64,000 bases of DNA, from contig OZ245777.1 in assembly GCA_965227775.1 (NCBI GenBank), forward strand, positions 1,248,001 to 1,312,000, written 5' to 3'. A program made the position numbers and the translations under genes. This document shows, piece after piece, positions 39,553-50,094 of this stretch. The stretch is from Phycisphaerales bacterium (lineage in GTDB: Bacteria; Planctomycetota; Phycisphaerae; Phycisphaerales; UBA1924). How positions within the stretch are numbered: position 1 is the stretch's first letter; every line of letters begins with the position of its first letter. The notes beneath the pieces are model-generated. The model was not told the origin of the DNA and ran no database searches. It saw only the letters and a program-made list of their open reading frames with translations.

Positions 39553-40572
39553 ATGCATCCCAGCAACCGTCGCCATCTCTTGACCGCATCTTCCGTCCTT
39601 GTCATCGTCGGTGTGGTTCCGGCGTTCGCTCTGGCCGTTGGTGGCTCGGGAGCCACCACCGAATCCTCGCCAACCTCGGTGGAGCAGTTGCCTGCCGAAG
39701 CCAGGGTGGCGTACCGCACGACGCAGATCGAGGGGCTCGACATCTTCTATCGCGAAGCAGGACCGGCCGACGCGCCGGTTGTGCTGCTGCTTCACGGCTT
39801 CCCAACCTCGAGCCACATGTTCCGGGAACTGATCCCGCAACTCGCAACCCAGTATCGCGTGATTGCCCCCGACTACCCGGGTTATGGCGAGTCGGCGACG
39901 CCATCGCGAGACGAGTACGACTACACCTTCGCCAACGCGGCAAACATCGTCGGGCAGCTCATCGATGAATTGGGTGTTGGTGAATACAGCGTGTACCTGA
40001 TGGATTACGGCGCGCCGATCGGGTATCGCCTTTTCGAGAATGAGCCGGAGCGTGTGCAGGCGTTCATCATCCAGAACGGCAACGCGTACGACGAGGGCTT
40101 GCGAGAATTCTGGGATCCGATCAAGGCGTACTGGGCCGATCGTTCCGAGGAGAACGCCGCACCGCTGCGCGAGTTCCTCACCATCGATGGCACGAAGTGG
40201 CAGTACACCCACGGCGTACGCGACGTAGAGAACATCAGCCCGGACACCTGGAACCACGTGCAGCCCAAGCTCGATCGACCCGGGAACCAGGAGATCCAAC
40301 TCGACTACTTCTACGACTACCGCACCAACGTCGAGCGCTACGACGAGTGGCAGCGGCTCTTCCGCGAGCATCAGCCGCCGACGCTCATCACGTGGGGAAA
40401 GGGCGATTTCATCTTTCCGATCGAGGGCGCACACCCCTACCAACGTGATCTCGAAGACGTCGAGCTGCACATCCTCGATACTGGCCACTTCGCCCTCGAG
40501 GAAGACGGCCATGTCATCGCAGAGTTGATGCTCGATTTCCTTGGGCGAAAGGTACCGCGAAACGACCGCTGA
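39553..40572 (+). CDS. Alpha/beta hydrolase (epoxide hydrolase-like) with N-terminal signal
   Basis: [24 protein letters not shown] nucleophile elbow, [16 protein letters not shown]. Confidence 0.92.
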   Translation: MHPSNRRHLLTASSVLVIVGVVPAFALAVGGSGATTESSPTSVEQLPAEARVAYRTTQIEGLDIFYREAGPADAPVVLLLHGFPTSSHMFRELIPQLATQYRVIAPDYPGYGESATPSRDEYDYTFANAANIVGQLIDELGVGEYSVYLMDYGAPIGYRLFENEPERVQAFIIQNGNAYDEGLREFWDPIKAYWADRSEENAAPLREFLTIDGTKWQYTHGVRDVENISPDTWNHVQPKLDRPGNQEIQLDYFYDYRTNVERYDEWQRLFREHQPPTLITWGKGDFIFPIEGAHPYQRDLEDVELHILDTGHFALEEDGHVIAELMLDFLGRKVPRNDR

Positions 40573-40575
40573 GCA

Positions 40576-41376
40576 CTATTCGCAGCCGCGATCGAACGCG
40601 GTCTGGAACGCGAGGAAGTCGAAGATCGTGAACGACCCGTCGCCGTCGAAGTCGGCGACCGGGTCGCGCGCGTCAAACAGGGTCTGGAACGCGAGGAAGT
40701 CGAAGATGGTGAGCGCTCCGTCGCCGTCGAGATCGGCAGCGCAGTCGAGGTCGACGACGCCGTAGAGCTCGAAGGCCCACTCCTTGGGCGTCGGGTGGAA
40801 GTCGGTCATGGGCTGCCACGCGTCGAATGCCTGGCCGGCTTCGGTTACCGAGAAATTCCACTGGGCGGTCGCGTCACCGTTGGTCCATTCGGGGTGCAGC
40901 GGGGCGTTGACGGGCTTGCCCCCGCCGGGCGCACAGTGCGTGCGGAAGCCCAGGAAGTAGCGGCCCGCATCGAGTGGCACACCCACCGTCATGGAGTTGC
41001 GATAGATGGTGCCGAACGTGGCGCTCACCAGCCCGCTGGGCTCGACCGTGATCGCCGCGTCGGCTTCGCCCACGATGAGATCACCCGGCGCGCCGGTGGT
41101 GTCATCGTACTCGTAGATGTACCAGTCGCCGCCGAGGATCACCGGCGGATCGATCCACACCGAGTAGAACACGATCTCGGTGATCGTGGTCGTAGTGGGG
41201 CTGCTAATCTCAAAATCGTCTGCGGCGATGCGCAGCGAATCGGGCATGCGTACGGCGCTCGAGGCAAATCCAGTGGCTTCCAGCGCGGCGTCACCCTCGT
41301 GGTTGATCCAGAGGGCGTCCTGGGCGAGTGCGGCTGTGGGAAGCAGGCAAGCGGCGGCGAGCGTTCGTGTTCGCAT
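40576..41376 (-). CDS. Secreted protein with C-terminal GC-type dockerin-like domain
   Basis: GGAGG SD; signal peptide ending ALA-Q; AADDF motif; C-terminal CAADLDGDG...DRGCE. Confidence 0.88.
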   Translation of the reverse strand: MRTRTLAAACLLPTAALAQDALWINHEGDAALEATGFASSAVRMPDSLRIAADDFEISSPTTTTITEIVFYSVWIDPPVILGGDWYIYEYDDTTGAPGDLIVGEADAAITVEPSGLVSATFGTIYRNSMTVGVPLDAGRYFLGFRTHCAPGGGKPVNAPLHPEWTNGDATAQWNFSVTEAGQAFDAWQPMTDFHPTPKEWAFELYGVVDLDCAADLDGDGALTIFDFLAFQTLFDARDPVADFDGDGSFTIFDFLAFQTAFDRGCE

Positions 41377-41435
41377 CGGATCGATCCTCCATGGGCTCGA
41401 CCTGACTACGCCCCCACGTGCTCGGCCGTTGCGCT

Positions 41436-42806
41436 TTACGGGCAGCCTGCGTCGAACGCGGTCTGGAACGCCAGGAAGTCGAACAGCGTGAATTCGCCGT
41501 CTCGATCGAAGTCGGCGACGGGCTCCATCGCATCGAATGCGTTCTGGAACCCGAGAAAGTCGAATACCGAGAGTGCACCGTCGCCGTCGATGTCGGCCAG
41601 GCATGGGTTGGGCTCGAGGATGTACGCGGCGCCAGCGCGGAAGAGGCCGTCGACACTCTCAAAGACGGCGCCAGTCGCAACCGTCTGGCCATCGATGGCC
41701 ACGCTGCTGCCGAACAGGCCGATGTCCGCCGTCCGCTTCGGACGGATCGAGTCCAGCAGCAGCCACTCGGTGCCTTCTCGGCCGTAGATGTAGAGCCGGC
41801 CGGGCCTGCCGCCGCCGACTGCGTTGTTCGCGGCACCCACCACCACAATGTCACCGTCGATGGCCACGGTGCCGAAGGTCTCAGGAGCGCTCGTGCGGCC
41901 CGGCGATAACAGGTTCTCCTCCTGCATCCACCCGGTGCCGTCTCTACTGAACACGTACGCACGGCCTTCGAGCGGGCGATCGCCCGCGAAGATCGTCCCC
42001 ACGATCACACGATCGCCCGACACATCGACATCGGTTCCGAGCCTCCAACAGTCCACCGCATCGTCGGAAACGAGCTTGGCGGTCTCGCTCCACTCGCCGC
42101 CGACCCGCTCGAACACGTAGGCAGCACCAGTCTCCACGCCATCGAACACGGCATCGGTATCACCCACGACGAGCGTGTCACCGTCAAGGGCCACGCTGGA
42201 ACCGAAGACGTTCTCGTTCGTTCCATCGGAAGGCTGCAGCTTCGCAGATTGGCTCCATGCTGAGCCATCAAACGTAAAGACGTAGACCGCGCCACCACCC
42301 ATGGCTCGTTGCGCGCCGACCGCGATCGTGTCTCGATCGACTGCGACAGCGTGCCCGAACTCCTCGTCACTGAGCCCGTCGTCCGCGCTGAGCTTGGCAA
42401 CCTGCATCCACTCGTCCCCGTTTCGCTCGAAGACGTAGGCGGCACCAGAGTCGGTTTCGTTCCCATCGCCGAAAAGAGCACCGGCGACCACCCGGTCGCC
42501 CGAGATCGCTACGGACCAGCCGAACTTGTCGCCGGCGGTAGCGTTGTTGGCGTGAATAGTGTCCGCCTCCTGCCAGGTCGAGCCTGAGCGGAGGAACACG
42601 TAGGCCTGGCCATCGTTCGAGGCCGAACGGTCGAAGTCCGGGGCTCCCGACACGAGCGTGTCCTCGTCGATCGCGACGTCGTGTCCGAACAGCGCGCGGT
42701 CCTGGAAATCGGAAGCGGTCAGGCGCTGCGCCTCGATCCAGTCCTGCCCGACGGCCGCTGCGCAAAGCGATGCCGCTATACCGATCGCCGTGATGGTCTT
42801 CAACAT
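41436..42806 (-). CDS. FG-GAP repeat (beta-propeller) secreted protein with GC-type dockerin-like domain
   Basis: About seven FGxxVAIxGD..VVGA / GAAYVF repeats; C-terminal CLADIDGDG...DAGCP; start may be 42815. Confidence 0.9.
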   Translation of the reverse strand: MLKTITAIGIAASLCAAAVGQDWIEAQRLTASDFQDRALFGHDVAIDEDTLVSGAPDFDRSASNDGQAYVFLRSGSTWQEADTIHANNATAGDKFGWSVAISGDRVVAGALFGDGNETDSGAAYVFERNGDEWMQVAKLSADDGLSDEEFGHAVAVDRDTIAVGAQRAMGGGAVYVFTFDGSAWSQSAKLQPSDGTNENVFGSSVALDGDTLVVGDTDAVFDGVETGAAYVFERVGGEWSETAKLVSDDAVDCWRLGTDVDVSGDRVIVGTIFAGDRPLEGRAYVFSRDGTGWMQEENLLSPGRTSAPETFGTVAIDGDIVVVGAANNAVGGGRPGRLYIYGREGTEWLLLDSIRPKRTADIGLFGSSVAIDGQTVATGAVFESVDGLFRAGAAYILEPNPCLADIDGDGALSVFDFLGFQNAFDAMEPVADFDRDGEFTLFDFLAFQTAFDAGCP

Positions 42807-42965
42807 CGAGGTCATCCCGTCCAGGTGTTCGTGCGTTGCGTCGGGTGGCCCCGGCGGCTTTGGTGGATTCGCGCTTTGAAGTACTGGTGGGCCACTCCGG
42901 GTTGCAGGAGCAGGGAAGCCCCACCCGTGCTTCGGTGCGCGGAGGGGCGCTCCGCGATCAGGACG

Positions 42966-42971
42966 TATAAT
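42966..42971 (+). promoter_or_regulatory. -10 box upstream of the mutase gene
   Basis: Perfect TATAAT in GC-rich context about 65 nt before the ATG; no clear -35. Confidence 0.5.
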
Positions 42972-43034
42972 CAAAGCTAGTACGAAGCCCATCCAATCTG
43001 GCCGCCCGGCCCGCCTGCCACGCCCCAAAGGGCC

Positions 43035-44786
43035 ATGGAGACGACCATGACCACCGCTAACACCAACAACTCGAGCATCACGGGCGCCGGCCTCGATGCG
43101 AGCGGCAAGCCCTCGGGCGTCGATCCGGCCGCCGTCACCATCTCGGGCATCGTGCTCGACGAGTCATACGGACCCGATAACCCCACCCCCGCGTTGCAGA
43201 ACTTCGGCCGCGACATCGCCGAGGCCGGGCAGTATCCGTACACGCGCGGGCTGTACCCGCAGGGCTATCGCACGCGGCTGTGGACCATGCGTCAGTTTGC
43301 CGGCTTCGGCTCGGCCGACGACACCAACAAGCGCTTCAAGTACCTGCTGCAGGCCGGCAAGACAACCAAGACCAAGGCCAACACCGGCCTCTCGACCGCG
43401 TTCGATCTGCCCACGCTCATGGGCCGCGACAGCGATGACGCGCTCAGCGTCGGCGAAGTCGGCAAGTGCGGCGTGGCCATCGACACCATCGAGGACATGC
43501 ACCGCCTCTACGCCGACATCCCCATCGATCAGGTCACGGTGAGCCAGACCATCAACGGACCGGCCGCGGTGATCTGGGCGATGTACCTGGCGATGGCCAA
43601 GCAGCGCGGCTTCGACATCGCCGATCTTGGCGGCACGCTGCAGAACGACATCCTCAAAGAGTTCCACGCCCAGAACGAGTTCATCTATCCGCCCGAGCCC
43701 AGTGTCAAGCTGGTTGTCGACACCATCGAGTTCCAGGCGAAGCACATGCCCAAGTGGAACTCGGTGAGCATCAGCGGCTACCACATCCGCGAGGCCGGCA
43801 GCACCGGGCCGCAGGAGCTTGCCTTCACCCTGCGTGACGGCATGGAGTACGTCGAGGCGTGCCTGCTGCGCGGGCTCGACATCGACAAGTTCGGGCCGCG
43901 CCTCAGCTTCTTCTTCAACAGCCACAACGAGTTCTTCGAGGAGGTCTGCAAGCTGCGCGCGGCCCGGCGCATCTGGGCCCGCATGATGCGCGAGCGTTAT
44001 GGTGCTCAGAGCGAGCGCAGCTGGTTCATGAAGACCCACGTGCAGACGGCCGGCTGCAGCCTGACCGAGCAGCAGCCGCTGAACAACATCGTGCGCGTCG
44101 CCTACCAGGCGATGGCCGGCGTGCTGGGCGGCTGCCAGAGCCTGCACACGGACAGCATGGACGAGACGCTGGGCCTGCCCACAGAGCAGGCCGTGACGGT
44201 CGCGCTCCGCACGCAGCAGATCCTGGCGCACGAGACCGGCGTGACGCGCACGGTCGACCCCTTGGGCGGCAGCTACTTCGTCGAGGCGCTCACCGACGAG
44301 GTCGAGGAGCAGGCGCTCAATTACATCGGCGAGATTGACGAGATGGGCGGCGGCGTCTGGAAAGGCCAGGACGGCGGCAAGCCCACCGGCGGCTACGGCG
44401 GCGTGGTCGAGGGCATCCACCAGGGCTACTTCCGCCGCAAGATCGCCGAGGCGTCCTATCGCTTCAGCGAAGAGTGCGAGGCCCACGATCGCATCATCGT
44501 CGGCGTCAACGAGTACGTCGAAGACAACGAGGACCGGCCGATCGACATCCTGCAGATCGGCCCGGAGGTCGAGGAGACTCAGCTCGAGCGCCTGACCGCC
44601 TTCAAGGCCAACCGCAACGCCGACGAGACCAAGCGCGCCCTCGACGCCATCCGCACCGCCTGCCAGAAGGGCGAGAACGTCATGCCCCACCTCATCGACG
44701 GCGCCCTAGCCAACGCCACGCTGGGCGAGATGGTGCAGGCGATGGCGGATATCTACGGGCGGTATGCGGGCGGGCCGGAGTGGTAG
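43035..44786 (+). CDS. B12-dependent acyl-CoA mutase, large (substrate-binding) subunit; isobutyryl-CoA mutase-like signature
   Basis: [55 protein letters not shown]; no B12-binding DxHxxG domain. Confidence 0.92.
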   Translation: METTMTTANTNNSSITGAGLDASGKPSGVDPAAVTISGIVLDESYGPDNPTPALQNFGRDIAEAGQYPYTRGLYPQGYRTRLWTMRQFAGFGSADDTNKRFKYLLQAGKTTKTKANTGLSTAFDLPTLMGRDSDDALSVGEVGKCGVAIDTIEDMHRLYADIPIDQVTVSQTINGPAAVIWAMYLAMAKQRGFDIADLGGTLQNDILKEFHAQNEFIYPPEPSVKLVVDTIEFQAKHMPKWNSVSISGYHIREAGSTGPQELAFTLRDGMEYVEACLLRGLDIDKFGPRLSFFFNSHNEFFEEVCKLRAARRIWARMMRERYGAQSERSWFMKTHVQTAGCSLTEQQPLNNIVRVAYQAMAGVLGGCQSLHTDSMDETLGLPTEQAVTVALRTQQILAHETGVTRTVDPLGGSYFVEALTDEVEEQALNYIGEIDEMGGGVWKGQDGGKPTGGYGGVVEGIHQGYFRRKIAEASYRFSEECEAHDRIIVGVNEYVEDNEDRPIDILQIGPEVEETQLERLTAFKANRNADETKRALDAIRTACQKGENVMPHLIDGALANATLGEMVQAMADIYGRYAGGPEW

Positions 44787-44838
44787 GCGAACTAACTGTG
44801 ACTGCCCTGTAGCAGTAGGAGCGCCACTAACCTCCAGG

Positions 44839-45165
44839 ATGCCACGCCGAAGGCAAGTATTCAAGCTGTTCTGGAAGTCGCAGCACGTAGCGAATCTGAG
44901 TTACGTGAGCACCGAGCACACCTCGATTACCTGCACATACGAGTGGGTTGGTCAAAGAGGAAGGCACTGGAAGTTCCTCTTGGACATCGCTGATCCGTCG
45001 AAAGTGAAAGAAGTCGACAACTACTCGGATCAGTACTGGGAACGCTGGTCGATCTTTGATCGCGCGGGCGAATTGGCTTCTAACTCTCCGCCCGGAGTAG
45101 ACGTTGATGCCGAGACAATGACCTGGCGTTTAGGGGTCATCGATTGGAGTGGCGATCCGCACTAA
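44839..45165 (+). CDS. Orphan hypothetical protein, lower GC than its neighbours
   Basis: 108-aa ORF from MPRRRQVF; TAACCT 5 nt before the ATG; Trp-rich. Confidence 0.55.
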   Translation: MPRRRQVFKLFWKSQHVANLSYVSTEHTSITCTYEWVGQRGRHWKFLLDIADPSKVKEVDNYSDQYWERWSIFDRAGELASNSPPGVDVDAETMTWRLGVIDWSGDPH

Positions 45166-46652
45166 CTCGCCGGCGACTCATCAAACCCCCGCGCCTCCTC
45201 CTCCGCCAACCGCCGCTCGACCTCCTCCGCGCTCGCCAATTCACCCTCCGTCCCCGCCACCACCGTCGCCACCATCGCGTCGCCGGTGACGTTGCAGGTG
45301 GTGCGGCACATGTCCAGCAGGCGGTCGACGCCCAGGATAGCGGCGATGCCCTCGAGCGGCACGCCCACGCTCTGCAGCACGATCACCAGCATGATGACGC
45401 CCGCGCCCGGCACGCCCGCGGTGCCGATGGAGGCCAGCGTGGCGGTGCCGACGATGGCCAGCTGGTCCATCAGTCCCAGGTTCATGCTGTAGAGCTGGGC
45501 GATGAAGACGGCCGCGACGCCCTGGTAGAGAGCCGTGCCGTCCATGTTGATGGTGGCGCCCAGCGGCAGCACGAAGCTGGAGACCTCGTCGTTCACGCCC
45601 AGCCGCTTCTCGACGCATTCCATCGTGACCGGCAGCGTCGCGCTGCTGCTGGCGCTGCTGAACGCGAGCAGCTGCGCGGGGGCGATGGCCTTGTAGAACC
45701 GGCCCGGACCCACGGGGGTGAAGATGCGCAGCACCAGCGGATACACGGCGAACACCATGAGCGCAAGCCCGCCCACGACGCACAAGCTGTAGACCGCGAG
45801 CGCACCGAGGACCTCCAGCCCCAGGTCCGCCACCACCTTCACGATGAGCGCAAAGACGGCGATAGGGGCCGTGAGCATCAACAGCTCGACGAGCTTGATG
45901 ACCGCCTTGGTCATGCCGTCGCAGAAGTCGATGACCGGCTTGGCCTCCGACGGCAGGATCAGGCTCAGACCAATGCCAATCAGCAGCGCGAGGAACACGA
46001 TCTGCAGCATGTTCCCCTCGGCGATGGCCGCGAAGGGGTTTGCGGCGATAAGGTCGACGATGCGATCCCAGGCGTTGAGCCCCTCGGCCGCCGTGGCGCG
46101 ATCGACGCCACCCTGCGCCTGCGAGCTGTAGTCGGCCAGCAGCCGATCACGCGTCTCCTGCGGCACGAACGAGCCCGGGCGCGCAAGGTTGGCGATGATG
46201 AGGCCAAGCGAGATGGCGACCGCTGTCGTGACCAAATAGATGCCGATGGTCTTGCCGCCGATGCGGCTGAGCTTGGTCAGGTTGTTTAGCGTGCTGACGC
46301 CCACGATGAGGCTGAACAGCACGATGGGCACGGCGATGAAGCGCAGGCTGCGCATGAACAGGTCGCCCACGAACAGGTTGAAGTTGCGGACAAAGCGGCT
46401 CACGTGCGCCACGAAGTTGGCATCCTGGTTGGCCGGTGTCACGCCGTCGTCCAGCATGGCGCTGGCGTCCTTGGCAAGGAAGGCCGGCACGTTGTCGACG
46501 CCCAGGGCGTTCCAGGTGCTGGTGGTCCACGCCAGGTTGATGATCAGCCCGACCACGATGCCGGCGACCAGGCCGATGATGATCTGCCAGTGCAGGGCGA
46601 TGCCCCTGCGTGAAGGACTGCGGCCCGGAGCGGTCGAATGGGCGTCGGCCAT
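45162..46652 (-). CDS. Dicarboxylate/amino acid:cation symporter (GltP family)
   Basis: AFSSASSSATLP, GATINMDGTALY, GTAGVPG, DRLLDMCRTTCNVTGD. Confidence 0.95.
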   Translation of the reverse strand: MADAHSTAPGRSPSRRGIALHWQIIIGLVAGIVVGLIINLAWTTSTWNALGVDNVPAFLAKDASAMLDDGVTPANQDANFVAHVSRFVRNFNLFVGDLFMRSLRFIAVPIVLFSLIVGVSTLNNLTKLSRIGGKTIGIYLVTTAVAISLGLIIANLARPGSFVPQETRDRLLADYSSQAQGGVDRATAAEGLNAWDRIVDLIAANPFAAIAEGNMLQIVFLALLIGIGLSLILPSEAKPVIDFCDGMTKAVIKLVELLMLTAPIAVFALIVKVVADLGLEVLGALAVYSLCVVGGLALMVFAVYPLVLRIFTPVGPGRFYKAIAPAQLLAFSSASSSATLPVTMECVEKRLGVNDEVSSFVLPLGATINMDGTALYQGVAAVFIAQLYSMNLGLMDQLAIVGTATLASIGTAGVPGAGVIMLVIVLQSVGVPLEGIAAILGVDRLLDMCRTTCNVTGDAMVATVVAGTEGELASAEEVERRLAEEEARGFDESPAS

Positions 46653-46762
46653 GAGGATCTCCTGCGAATGCCTTCTCGGGGTTGTCGCGAGGCGGGTGGT
46701 GGATCCGCCAACCCTATGCGGCCCGCGTTCAGAAACTGTTATCCCCCGCCATACGATGCTGT

Positions 46763-48778
46763 GTGGCGAGGAACCAGCAAGTCAGCAGCCGGCGTTACCG
46801 GCACTACATCGAGCGTGAACGCGAGCGTCGGGAAGAGGCCAAGGAGCCCAGCGACGACCCGCTGGCCAAGAAGGGCAAGCGCACCCGCGGCTTCGGCACG
46901 CTCGCGCGCGAGTTCTGGGGCCTGCTCCGCGGCCACCGCGGCATGGTCATCGCATCGCTCGTCACGCTGACGATCGCGACCGGCCTGGGCCTGCTGCTAC
47001 CGCTCTCGACCAAGATCGCGCTGGACTTCATCCTGAGCACCGAGCCGGGTTTGGTGGGGCTGGCCGAGACGCTGCCAGAGCCCCAGCGCGAGCGAGCGCT
47101 CGAGCACCTCGGCACGCTCGACGAAGACGGCATGCGGTCCGTTCGCTGGCGGGCGCTGATGGTGCTGTGCGGAGCGATGATGCTCGTCGCGGTGCTGGGC
47201 GTGGCCTTCGGCATCTGGGGCCGCTGGCAGATGACCCGGATGACGAAGCGCGTGCAGGCGATGCTGCGACGCCGCGTGTTCGAGCACGCAGCGCGTTTGC
47301 CCTTACATCGCGTGCAGGCCATGCGCTCGGGCGGCGTCTCGAGCATCTTGAGAGAAGACGCCGGCGCGGCGGCCGAGCTCCTGTTCGGCATGATCTACAA
47401 CCCCTGGCGCGCAGCGGTCACGCTGCTTGGCGCGCTCGTGGCCATGGCGGTGGTCGACTGGCGGATGCTGGTGGGGGCCATCTTCCTACTGCCGGTCGTG
47501 TGGATCACGCACCGGGCCTGGATCGGACGGATCCGGCCGATCTATCGGGACGTGCGCAAGACACGCAGCGAGATCGATGCGCACGCGACCGAGGCGTTCG
47601 GCGGTGCTCGCGTCGTCCGCGGCTTCCACCGCGAGCAGCAGGAGGCCTCGCGTTTCACCGGCGGCGTGCACCTGATGGCCCGCCAGGAGCTTCGGGCGTG
47701 GTGGTGGAGCCGGAGCGTCGAGCTGGTCTGGTCGGTCATGATCCCCGCGGCGTCGGCGGGCGTGCTGCTCTACGGCGGGGCCGCGGTGCTTGGCGGCACG
47801 ATGACCATCGGCGACGTCATGATGTTCTCGGTGTACCTGCTCTACCTGCTCGGCCCGATTGAGGCGCTCGCCGCGAGCGCGACGCAGATCCAGAACGCAC
47901 TGAGTGGCCTCGATCGATCCTTGGATCTGCTCGAGGAACCGCTCGAATTTGCCGAGACGCGAAGCGAGGCAACCAGCATGCCCGCGGCCGTGCACGGGCG
48001 AATCTCGCTCGAGAGTGTGTGGTTCGCCTACCCGGCCAACAAGAAGAAAGCCGACGACAGCACCGAGCCCGAGTATGTCCTCAAGGACATCAACCTCGAC
48101 GTACCAGCCGGGTCGACGGTCGCGCTTGTTGGCCGCAGCGGCAGCGGCAAGACCACGCTGTGCAACCTGGTCGCTCGCTTTTATGACCCGAGCAAGGGCC
48201 GCGTGCTGATCGACGGCGTGGACCTTCGCGAGATCGACGTGGACCAATACCGCGCCCTGCTTGGCGTGGTCGAGCAGGACGTCTTCCTCTTCGACGGCAG
48301 CATCTACGACAACATCGCCTACGCCCGGCGGTGGGCGACCGAAGAGCAAGTCCGCGAGGCCGCGCGCATCGCGAGCGCCGACGAATTCATCGAGGAGCTG
48401 AGCGAGGGCTACCAGACCATCGTCGGCGAGCGCGGCGTGCGCCTCAGCGGCGGGCAGAAGCAGCGCATCGCCATCGCGCGAGCCGTGCTGGCCGATCCGA
48501 AGGTCCTCATCCTCGACGAAGCAACGAGCAACCTTGACACCCACAGCGAGCGGCTCATCCAGCGCGCGCTCCACCAGTTGACGAGCGAGCGCACAACATT
48601 CGTCATTGCCCACCGCCTGAGCACGATCCGCCACGCCGACGCCATCGTCGTGATGCACAAGGGCCAGGTCACCGAGGTCGGCACGCACGAGGAGTTGCTC
48701 GCCCGCGGCGGGGCGTACGCGGGATTGGTGCAGGCGCAGGTAGAGGATCTGGAAGAGGACGCGGTGGCGGGGAGTTAG
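46763..48778 (+). CDS. ABC exporter, fused permease/ATPase half transporter
   Basis: TM domain followed by GRSGSGKT, LSGGQKQR, ILDEATS, IAHRLST; GTG start inferred. Confidence 0.92.
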   Translation: MARNQQVSSRRYRHYIERERERREEAKEPSDDPLAKKGKRTRGFGTLAREFWGLLRGHRGMVIASLVTLTIATGLGLLLPLSTKIALDFILSTEPGLVGLAETLPEPQRERALEHLGTLDEDGMRSVRWRALMVLCGAMMLVAVLGVAFGIWGRWQMTRMTKRVQAMLRRRVFEHAARLPLHRVQAMRSGGVSSILREDAGAAAELLFGMIYNPWRAAVTLLGALVAMAVVDWRMLVGAIFLLPVVWITHRAWIGRIRPIYRDVRKTRSEIDAHATEAFGGARVVRGFHREQQEASRFTGGVHLMARQELRAWWWSRSVELVWSVMIPAASAGVLLYGGAAVLGGTMTIGDVMMFSVYLLYLLGPIEALAASATQIQNALSGLDRSLDLLEEPLEFAETRSEATSMPAAVHGRISLESVWFAYPANKKKADDSTEPEYVLKDINLDVPAGSTVALVGRSGSGKTTLCNLVARFYDPSKGRVLIDGVDLREIDVDQYRALLGVVEQDVFLFDGSIYDNIAYARRWATEEQVREAARIASADEFIEELSEGYQTIVGERGVRLSGGQKQRIAIARAVLADPKVLILDEATSNLDTHSERLIQRALHQLTSERTTFVIAHRLSTIRHADAIVVMHKGQVTEVGTHEELLARGGAYAGLVQAQVEDLEEDAVAGS

Positions 48779-48806
48779 TCAGTCCACCTTGACTTTTGGA
48801 CTTGGT

Positions 48807-49196
48807 CTACCCGCCTTTAGCCCAGTACTGAACCAACAGGAAGTCCTCTTCGTCCCAACTATCAAGCCACGAAAGAGCGTCTGTCAGCAGGGTTGCTCGC
48901 TTATGAAGCTCAATCCACTCTGATGGCTCGGGATCGATTCGGGCCATGCGAGCGAACTCATCACAGAGGGACTTCAGCCTGGTGAACACGTCGGGATCCA
49001 GCGTGTCCGCTGCCGCTTCGGTTGCTTTCTCATAACGTTTGAGGGCGTCACTGAGGTCTTCGGCCAGATCGTAATCCGTGACCACTCGTCCCTTGGTACT
49101 AGATGGCGGCGGATCGTCCTTGACGATGCACCGGAGCACCAGCAGGACCTGACCGGTGGCTTGGAATACCTCGCGTACCGCCGCTTCTGATGCCAT
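48807..49196 (-). CDS. Orphan hypothetical protein, lower GC than its neighbours
   Basis: 129-aa acidic helical ORF from MASEAA; TACTGT 6 nt before the ATG. Confidence 0.6.
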   Translation of the reverse strand: MASEAAVREVFQATGQVLLVLRCIVKDDPPPSSTKGRVVTDYDLAEDLSDALKRYEKATEAAADTLDPDVFTRLKSLCDEFARMARIDPEPSEWIELHKRATLLTDALSWLDSWDEEDFLLVQYWAKGG

Positions 49197-49238
49197 GCTT
49201 CGACAGTAAGGCACGATCGGTGTGCCGAAGGGCGGCGC

Positions 49239-50000
49239 TTACCCCTCCGCCTCCGCCGCCATGTCCTCATCCAGGTTGTGGTACACCTTCTGCACGTCGT
49301 CGTTGTCTTCGATGGCGTCGATGAGATTCATCAGCTTCTGGGCTTCTTCGGGCGTGGGCTTGGCGATGACGTTGGGAATCTTGTCGATGCCGCCCTCGCT
49401 CACCTCGATCTCGGCCTTCTCGAGCGCTTGCCGCACGGCGTGGTAATCGGTGCGTTCAGTGGTGATGACCCAGAAGCCCTCTTCGTCGCCGTCGCTCTCG
49501 GGGGCCTCGATGTCCTCAGCCCCGGCTTCGAGCGCGACGTCCATAAGCTGCTCTTCGTTCGTCTTCGAAGCCTCGATGAAGATGCGGCCCTTGGTCTCGA
49601 ACATGAACGCGACGCTGCCGGCGTTGCCCATGCTGCCACCACCCTTGCTGAAGACGTAGCGCAGGTCGTTCACGGTCCGCGTGCGGTTGTCGGTCAGCGT
49701 GTCGACGATGATCGCCACGCCGCCGGGGCCGTAGCCCTCGTAGACGATCTCCTCGAAGCCCGCGCCATCAGCAGCGCCACTGCCCTTGTCGACGGCCCGC
49801 TGGATCGTGTCCTTGGGCATGTTGGCGTAGCGGGCCTCGTCGATGGCGTACCGCAGCGCGAGGTTGGTATCAGGGTCGCCCCCGCCCGCGCGAGCCGCGG
49901 CCATGATGGCCTTGGAGCACTTGCTCCAGATCTTGCCCTTCTTCTTGTCCTGCCGCTCCTTGCGGTGACGGATGTTCGCCCACTTGCTATGTCCGGCCAC
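49239..50000 (-). CDS. yebC: YebC/PmpR family protein
   Basis: MAGHSKWANI, YEGYGPGG, TDNRTRT, DDVQKVYHN; GTG start with GAGGAG SD. Confidence 0.96.
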   Translation of the reverse strand: MAGHSKWANIRHRKERQDKKKGKIWSKCSKAIMAAARAGGGDPDTNLALRYAIDEARYANMPKDTIQRAVDKGSGAADGAGFEEIVYEGYGPGGVAIIVDTLTDNRTRTVNDLRYVFSKGGGSMGNAGSVAFMFETKGRIFIEASKTNEEQLMDVALEAGAEDIEAPESDGDEEGFWVITTERTDYHAVRQALEKAEIEVSEGGIDKIPNVIAKPTPEEAQKLMNLIDAIEDNDDVQKVYHNLDEDMAAEAEG

Positions 50001-50094
50001 GTGCGTCTCCTCGGCAGAACCGCCGACTCAATGTCGAAACAATGCGGCCGATCTCGACACCCGGCCCATACAACGATCCGATTCTAGTGCGTCG

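Noticed and set aside
40576..41610. Nucleotide repeats such as TCTGGAACGCxAGGAAGTCGAA as a CRISPR array or DGR template
   Set aside because: They are the coding duplications of the dockerin-like tails, with codon-position variation; no spacers, cas genes or reverse transcriptase
42860..42960. Possible cobalamin riboswitch upstream of the B12-dependent mutase (GCCACT and AGGGAA words)
   Set aside because: The words are in the wrong order, the rest of the B12 box is missing, and they lie upstream of the likely -10 box
44786..45170. Integron cassette interpretation of the orphan (CTAAC words at both ends)
   Set aside because: No proper RYYYAAC...GTTRRRY attC pair, no cassette array and no integrase
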